Source: Halocafeteria seosinensis
Taxonomy: Eukaryota
NCBI GenBank assembly: GCA_001687465.1
Contig: LVLI01000329.1
Coordinates: 1-64,000 of the forward strand
Length of the DNA: 64,000 nucleotides
Direction of reading: 5' to 3'
Below, in pieces: positions 57,301 through 64,000 of this stretch. Each line of letters opens with the position of its first letter. Within the stretch, counting starts at the first letter, position 1. The notes beneath the pieces were generated by a model, which saw only the letters and a program-made list of their open reading frames with translations, made no database searches and was not told where the DNA came from. The position numbers and the translations under genes were made by a program.

Positions 57301-60300
57301 TTCTTGCGTCCCTCTGAATCTACGACTACATCTCCGGTGCTTACAATGGAACAGGTAAGTTTACATCATGTGCATTCGACACAACCTCAGCAGAGCAACA
57401 GAAATATGACTACACAGACCTTGAAGGAAATGGTAAGAAAATGTTTGCGAGAAGCGGAAGCAGCATTGCGAGAAATGATAGCTGCATATAACGGGATCGG
57501 AGGCTCCCTTCAATTGCTTGAGGACCCTCTCAAAGCACTTCAGAATTACCGCGACGCTATATACTATTCTCAAAGGAGAGGAAAGGAGCTGGGGCTTCGG
57601 ATTGACCCGTTGCAGTGGCTTCATACTTGCCACAACTGTAATAAGCTTCTCGGATCTATCGATGATTCGCTGATAGAAGACGACACCCCGGTACAATGCT
57701 GTAAACAGCTCTGGAAAGCATTGAGCGACAGCGAATACCAGGGCGTCGATAGTTTGAAAACCTTGATGGACAAGAAGTGTCGCGAGCTCGAATTGCAATA
57801 CCTGGGTAGGTTATACATGTGTAGTGCGGGCTTTGCTTGCTTCCTGAGGTCATAAAAGTCGGGGTGTCTCATATGCAGAGAGGGTTTCCTTCAATTTCCA
57901 AGCCACTTTTGATAGACTCCACGAATGTTCCACGTTAGAGTTCGGGCGGGGCAATGGTTTTGTCGAGAAGCTTCCAGAGAAATTGGGTGAGATCACCAAA
58001 GAACAACGGTCTCACTGCCTGGTCGAGGGACGCTGGTTGCCACGAGAATACAGTAATGCGCTAATACAAGAGTTTCTGCGGGAGCGCTTCAACATCTTTG
58101 ATGAGGAGCGCACAAGAGTACCACTGCAAGACTTCCCTCCAATGGTGGTTTCAGAAGCCTTAGAAAACTCTCACTACAGCTGCAGTTCCATCGAGACAAT
58201 GCAAGGTTTGATGCGTTCTGCGAATGAAACGGATGAGAGCATGGAGCCTTCTAAGGACGCTTTGCTCGTGCTGGTTACAGGGGCCAGTACTCGTTTAGAG
58301 GAGAACCGTGAAAAGTACGTGCTCCGTTTCAATGGTCTGCGGAATGTTCGGCTATATTCATCCCCTGTTATTTCCTCTTCAGATGCTGGAGGGCATTAAA
58401 ATCATGTCTACAGCCATCTCAGCAAGACATGCAACTCGCCGCTAACTGCAGGGTATGCAAGAATCATTTTGGGAGAACTGGGCCAGTAAGGTTTTGAATG
58501 CTGGTTTGCTCTTAATTCCACATGGACATTGAGCCGATGGCTGGGATGCTATGCAGACGTGCCCGTTGTGTTTGCATTTGGATGAGATTCAGTCTTTTGT
58601 TTCCGAAGTGTGGACTTTCCAGTCTTCCCGAATAAGCCTTAATGACAAGTCAAGAGGCAAGCAAGACAGAGAAAGACGAGCAGCACGCCAAGCCGAGGAT
58701 GCCGACGACGATCCTCAGCAAGCGGTAAAGGCTGCTCTTACCAGACGGAACCAGGATAAGCGAACTTCTGCGCCATTGTTCAAACTCCTTTCCCATATTG
58801 CATCTGATCCTTCTCTTCTGCCTCTTGAACAACGGAGACAGCTGTCACGTATTATTAAAGGGCTTCAGCAGGAAGCAGAAGTGTGTAGGAGTCTATATGA
58901 GCGGCAAAAGGACTTGCTGGACGCTCTAGATGAGCTGGATATGGCAAAAGTAACCCTGCAAGTAGTTCCTGAAACGTATAAACGGAAGGAGGAGGATAGA
59001 GTAAGTGGGATAAATATGACGTGCTGCGTTTCTCCCAATAGAGTCTCTTTGGTGGACTGCAGAACTTGCTGTATCGCTACGAAGTGTCTGCCAAATGCGA
59101 GGAAGTGAAGCAAGATCTTGCTGTTGCTGAACAAAAGTTATCGTCTCAGACGGGCCGCTTGTCATATCTGATGCGCGTTGGAAGAGAGGAAGGGCTAAAC
59201 CTCGATATTGACACAGACGGAAAAGTTACTGTAGGCAAGGCCAGTAATCATGCAGACCAAAATGCTAACAACGACTGTCCAGTTTGCCTGGAAACTCTAG
59301 CGGATGAAAAGATCTTGCTCCCCTGTGCTCATAGAGTTTGCCAAGGATGCATTGGAATGCTTATGTGTGGATCTCCAGGAATGTGTCTAGAAGACATAAA
59401 GCGCTCTCGAGCTGGCAAGTGCCCCCAGTGTCGTAAAAGATTCCAGAAGGATGACCTATTTCACATTGTATCGTCGTTGACCGGCGAAGGAGCAGACACA
59501 GAGCTGATCACCGACAGTGGTACCGACGTTCCTGAGCGTGGGGACGACGCCAAAGGTGATTCGTCCAGTCTGCACGCCACACCTGGTGAGAGATCATCTC
59601 AGCTGCTACCGCATTCTGTACAGCAATACACGGGCACCAAGATTGCTTCCATAGTATCTCACATTCTGAAGCTCCAAAGGTAAGAATAGTTAAGTGCTCG
59701 CGATTCTATCCATTGCTGAGCTCTCTCTTCTGGCCGCTGCAGACATTGGCCAGGCATCAAGGCCATCGTATTTTCTCAATGGGAGGTTTTACTGCGGATC
59801 TTAGAGCAGTCTTGTAAAGACATGGAAGTAGCTGCTATACGCGCTACAGCAGGTAATCTGCGGTACACATTGCCGTCATTTCAGGATGATCCGAGCATTT
59901 CAGTTCTGCTACTTCCGACGTCCTTAGGCAACCACGGCTTGAACATAACGGAAGCCAATCATGTATTCTTTGTCGAGCCTCCTCTTAATAAGGGCGTTGA
60001 GCACCAGGCCATTGGCAGAATTCATCGAATTGGACAACAAAAGGAATGCTTTGTTCATCACTTCATTGCTCACCGCACGGTGGAGGAAACTGTTCTCTCG
60101 ATGGTCAGCAGAACTTCAAATGTTGATAACTCTGATGCAAGTTCGTCCGGGCAAGAACGAAATGACAGTGCTAGTGCATCGTCTCTTGCACACTCTGTTC
60201 ATGGGCGCGACGAAGTTGGTCTTACGAGGAAAGATCTCCTTAATATTTTTGACGCGGCTTCCCATGAGTCAGGCTATACCGTGTCCTTCGACGAACAGCC

Positions 60301-60361
60301 CGCTTCGGAACCTGCGAGTGCTGCAGCAGCAGATGACACTGAATCCACTGAATTGTCCTGA
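54391..60361 (+). CDS. SHPRH: SHPRH-like SNF2 helicase/RING E3 ligase, multi-exon
   Basis: LRKYQLQAVAWML, GGILADEMGLGKS, a PHD-like insert, TLIICP..QW, WRRVSLDESQMV, RWCVSGTP, RVRQACCHP, RING CPVC..LPCAHRVC..CPQCR, KAIVFSQW and GLNITEANHV..QAIGRIHRIGQ. Confidence 0.92.
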
Positions 60362-60471
60362 TGAGGGGGATGGTATTGATGCAAAGTCAATATACTATAT
60401 TTAGTCATGAGCGTTAGCATTCTATCAATTTACGTACTCGATGTAGTGTAATGTAGCACCCTAGCTGAAAC

Positions 60472-62427
60472 ATGAAGCAGTTAGAGGAGCTACTACGCGT
60501 GCTGTTTGTCGGTCTGTTGGTCGCTACAGCCCATGCCGATTTTAGGAAAGGGTACGACAAGATCCTCCAAGAAAGCATGGAAATGCACCCCATCGAGCTG
60601 AGAGACATTGAAAGCAATGGTGTTGGGGACACAAAAATGCGCATGGCGGACGGGACACATTTCGTATGCCAAACTAAGAGCATTGCTGCACTGGCAGATG
60701 ACACTATGTCTCCAGGAACTGAAAACAACTTTGGAAATGATTTTTACGCACTAGACCGGATGGAGCAACTTCGATTTGTCCAAAGCAAACTTTCTGACGT
60801 CCTCAGAGGACGCTGTCTAACGTTGTTCAAGTAAGTGCATACAACGAAGTTCAAAACTCAGGGTACTGAATCGAGCACGAAGTCTGTTGAGCAACCAACA
60901 CTGTCCGCAGGGACTTTTGGAGCTATCAAGCCTGCCCTGGAGTGGAATCCAAACAGATGGTGTTCGATTGGGCAAGCAAACTAGTGACGACAGAAAATAG
61001 TTTGGGAAAATATGTGGGAGCCGCCTTGGGAAGAAACAAACTCATGGATCCAGCATTCAAGCTTCTTGCAAGTGATGAAAACTTGCAAAATTTTGATTCC
61101 CTTTACGAACTTCGGGAATTATTGAGAGAAAGACACACGTTTCTCCCCCAGAAATGGGAAGCGATCGATGATTCTTACATCTACATTGAACACTACGGAC
61201 GAGGACAGAATTGCGTCGACGAGGGCAAGGTTATCCATCGAAGCACTACCATAGAGTACCGATGCTGCTTGCCAAAATCCGGGGAACCTGTTTCGTTTAT
61301 TTCCATCGAGGAGCCGTCCACTTGTGTTTATCACGCGGTGATGTGCACGTTGTACATGTGCAACGTAACTTAAAACGGACGCGTTCCATCAAGACGGCTC
61401 TTGAGAAGTAATCTTGACTCTTTAAGTTCTGTTATGGAAGCTTCGCGTATACTAGAAACGCTCAAAGATGGTTGCTTTACTTTGCACGAATCTTGTAAGA
61501 ATTCATTTCAAATATTGATCGTAGAATCACGTTAGGCAATTAATTACGGTTGTTGCAGTCTGGATGTACGAACTATGTATTGGTGCATCGCTGGAGCAAA
61601 GCCACAACGAACTCAACCAATTTACGGAAGATGGGCAAACTGTCGTCGAGCAGCGCGAAACACTTAGATATAGCCTCGGGACGCTGCGTTCCCTTGTTGC
61701 GGAGGACCTCCTGGACATGAAGTTCAAGTTTGGGGGATTACTCTCTGATAATTATACGACGACACTTCCCAGTGGTCATCGGGTTGAGTACATGCGCAAC
61801 AAGCCCTACAGGATGGTTGGGGTGAGAACGGGACTCATGGTCAAGGAGGGATTGATAACAAACACTGATGACCCTACGCAAACTTATTTTGCAACGGTGA
61901 GTACCCAGGGTTCTTCCTAAGACTGCTTCCTCCATAAACCATCATAAGTGATGCAGGTTCTTACAAACGGAAGTGACTGCATGGATAGTACTTCCTCTGT
62001 AGGATTGACGAAGCCAAGAACCACGGAAGTGCGGTTCTATTGCACGCCATATAGAGTGTCAACAGCAGATACAGGGCGTATGGACATGCATGGATACGGA
62101 TTACAACCAAAGTCATCGAAACTGAACATTAATCGATTCACCACAGTAACTTCCAACGGCTACGCGTTTTTCAATGATTACGAGATTCCGGAAGTCACCT
62201 GGATAGGAGCGCTGCAAGAATTTCCTCATTCGCTCAACAGCGTAAAAGAAGGGCCTACCTGCCATTACCTTGCAAAATTCTCAACGCCAGTGTTATGCAA
62301 TCATCCCGCTTTTATGCAAGACGCTCCGATTCCTCCCTCCAGGGTACAGTGTGAAAATGGTGCCTACCGTTTCGGTGGCTGGTATGCACCATTTCCGCCT
62401 GGCATAAAAAACGATAATCCCCGTTGA
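60472..62427 (+). CDS. ERLEC1: ER lectin with two MRH domains (ERLEC1/XTP3-B/OS-9-like), multi-exon
   Basis: Signal peptide. MRH1: CLTLFK/DFWSYQACPG ... YGRGQNC..RSTTIEYRC..EEPSTCVYH. MRH2: WMYELCIG ... TNGSDC..PRTTEVRFYC..EGPTCHYLAKFSTPVLC. Confidence 0.8.
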
Positions 62428-62676
62428 ACATCTAAGCACCCGTCATGTATTTTCAAAGAAACTTGATAAATGTTTCAGAAATTGGTGATGCTGAGAGTTA
62501 CTCTGAAGGAGCTCCTTCTCAAGGCTGCTCAAAGCCTTAGAAACTTCCTTCCTAACGTTCACTTCAGACAAATACGGGAGAACAGATACAGACTTTGTCA
62601 GCTCCATAAGTGAATCAGCTACATCTCCGGCGAACGAGCGGATGCTATGAAGTAAATCTGTGGTGCGGAGGGAAAA

Positions 62677-64000
62677 CTACATGTCACCCACGACAGATAA
62701 GCGCAAATACTTGCACCTACCTGAATCTAACATGTCTACAGCGTCTTTAACCATTCGCAGTGACGCAAGTTGGACAAAACGCCTAGTCCAGCCTTCTAGA
62801 CGACCATCGATATGCCTGACTAACATTGACTCCCCTCTTAATGTTCCGTGAGCGGCTTTCTCCCTGTACTCTTCTAGCAAAGCAGAGAGCTCATATAACA
62901 TATCTACTCCAGACGAAAACTTCCTCGACACTGCGCACTCGCTTAGAACATGGGTTAGGGCGATGGATTTGTGTGGCGCCTGATGCATTTCTACTCCGAG
63001 GAGGGCGTGCCGACAAACATTTCTAACCCATATCTTTGCAAGGGAAGCAGCTCTTTCCACAAGAGCGGGGTCATCACTGTGGCTCATCGTGGCCAGCAGA
63101 GTGTGCAAACACGATTGCTCAAAGATCGCATGCCGCGTAAAGTAGCGAGAAGGTTGTCGATCAATCTCTCCTGCTTCTAGCTGATGCATCTCGGTTCGGT
63201 GGGACGAGTCAGCTGCGTTGATATCAGGGTGGTGCATAGCGCGTACCCATACCCATCGCAAGTGCTCGCAATAATTTTCATGCACACCCACAAACCGAGA
63301 TAAGGCGTGCTCTACCTGTTGATTTATACTTGCATCCCCGCTATCCACACCAGACTGATACGTCATTTTTTGTGCAAGGACCAAAGAGTCGTGTGCCTTT
63401 AACCGTCGCTTCCGAGAGTAAGACCAAACATGACGAGGTGGGAGGTGAATCAGCGACTGAAACTTGAGGAGGTTCAAACAAGAGCCGATGTCCATGGGAG
63501 TCTCTTGTAACGATGCTTCTATTTCCGGGTGCAGCGTTTCGGAAAGCTTTAAGCGTGCCATTTCATAGTAGCAATACTGAGGAACCAAACTTGAAACAAG
63601 TGGCCATCTTACGTATGCCCCAGTACCCGGAAGCGTCGTATTAGTCCTGGCTTGCTGCTTTAAATGACGAGGTAAAATCACATCCCCTTGAGGTAAATTT
63701 ATCGTGAAGACTCGTCCTGCCGCGCCCCACTTTCGCACCATTTCCTTGCGTTCCTTGTTAAACTCTTTCTTGCCATAAGGCCTAGATAAACGACCAAACC
63801 ACTCAAACGCCTCTCTTGCTTGCTCCAGCTCGCATATGGAGACTAGCGCTCGAATGACTCTTTGCCACCAGGCTGTCCAGACAATTTGGTTCCCTTCCCA
63901 AAATGCCAACTCGTATAGCCACAATAAAATCTGAAGGGCCTCTCGTGGTAACGGTAAAGGGCGGAACGGTTGATACCCAGTAGCCTTCCAGTTGTTTTCC
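62677..64000 (-). CDS. Uncharacterised protein, 3' part (5' end outside the window)
   Basis: Open frame of at least 415 codons running to the window edge; no motif recognised. Confidence 0.6.
   Translation of the reverse strand, partial: ENNWKATGYQPFRPLPLPREALQILLWLYELAFWEGNQIVWTAWWQRVIRALVSICELEQAREAFEWFGRLSRPYGKKEFNKERKEMVRKWGAAGRVFTINLPQGDVILPRHLKQQARTNTTLPGTGAYVRWPLVSSLVPQYCYYEMARLKLSETLHPEIEASLQETPMDIGSCLNLLKFQSLIHLPPRHVWSYSRKRRLKAHDSLVLAQKMTYQSGVDSGDASINQQVEHALSRFVGVHENYCEHLRWVWVRAMHHPDINAADSSHRTEMHQLEAGEIDRQPSRYFTRHAIFEQSCLHTLLATMSHSDDPALVERAASLAKIWVRNVCRHALLGVEMHQAPHKSIALTHVLSECAVSRKFSSGVDMLYELSALLEEYREKAAHGTLRGESMLVRHIDGRLEGWTRRFVQLASLRMVKDAVDMLDSGRCKYLRLSVVGDM

Noticed and set aside
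1273..62427. Apparent proteostasis cluster (PSMA2, PSMA3, SNF8, AMBRA1-like, SVIP-like, SHPRH, ERLEC1)
   Set aside because: The genes are interspersed with unrelated ones and the category is large, so there is no evidence of a functional cluster.

Overview
Gene-dense eukaryotic nuclear DNA. It uses the standard code, has short GT-AG introns (mostly about 50-90 nt) and very short or overlapping convergent gene ends, and looks like a compact protist genome (possibly a flagellated stramenopile; inference only). About 27 protein genes can be supported: PSMA2, PSMA3, a nicotinamidase, SNF8, a full-size ABCA transporter, an AMBRA1-like WD40 protein, SAM synthetase, PCCA, a myristoylated AGC kinase, TMEM42, a WW protein, an LRR protein, PXMP4, GCNA, RUS1-family, USP39, ISCA1, TMEM184, FAM210-like, myotubularin, SVIP-like, SHPRH, an ERLEC1/OS-9-like lectin and several unknowns, plus one tRNA. 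Four observations stand out. (1) The nicotinamidase is fused to an N-terminal domain resembling that of the ciliary protein MDH1B, a candidate axoneme-anchored NAD+ salvage enzyme. (2) There is a nuclear Pol III-type tRNA-Val with a GAC anticodon, unusual for eukaryotes. (3) The SAM synthetase gene has an oversized 550-nt intron with nested long-range helices, a candidate SAM-responsive splicing element. (4) A heptad-repeat coiled-coil gene is interrupted by an 8-nt footprint-like insertion. Family calls come from recognised motifs, not database searches, and multi-exon boundaries are manual estimates.
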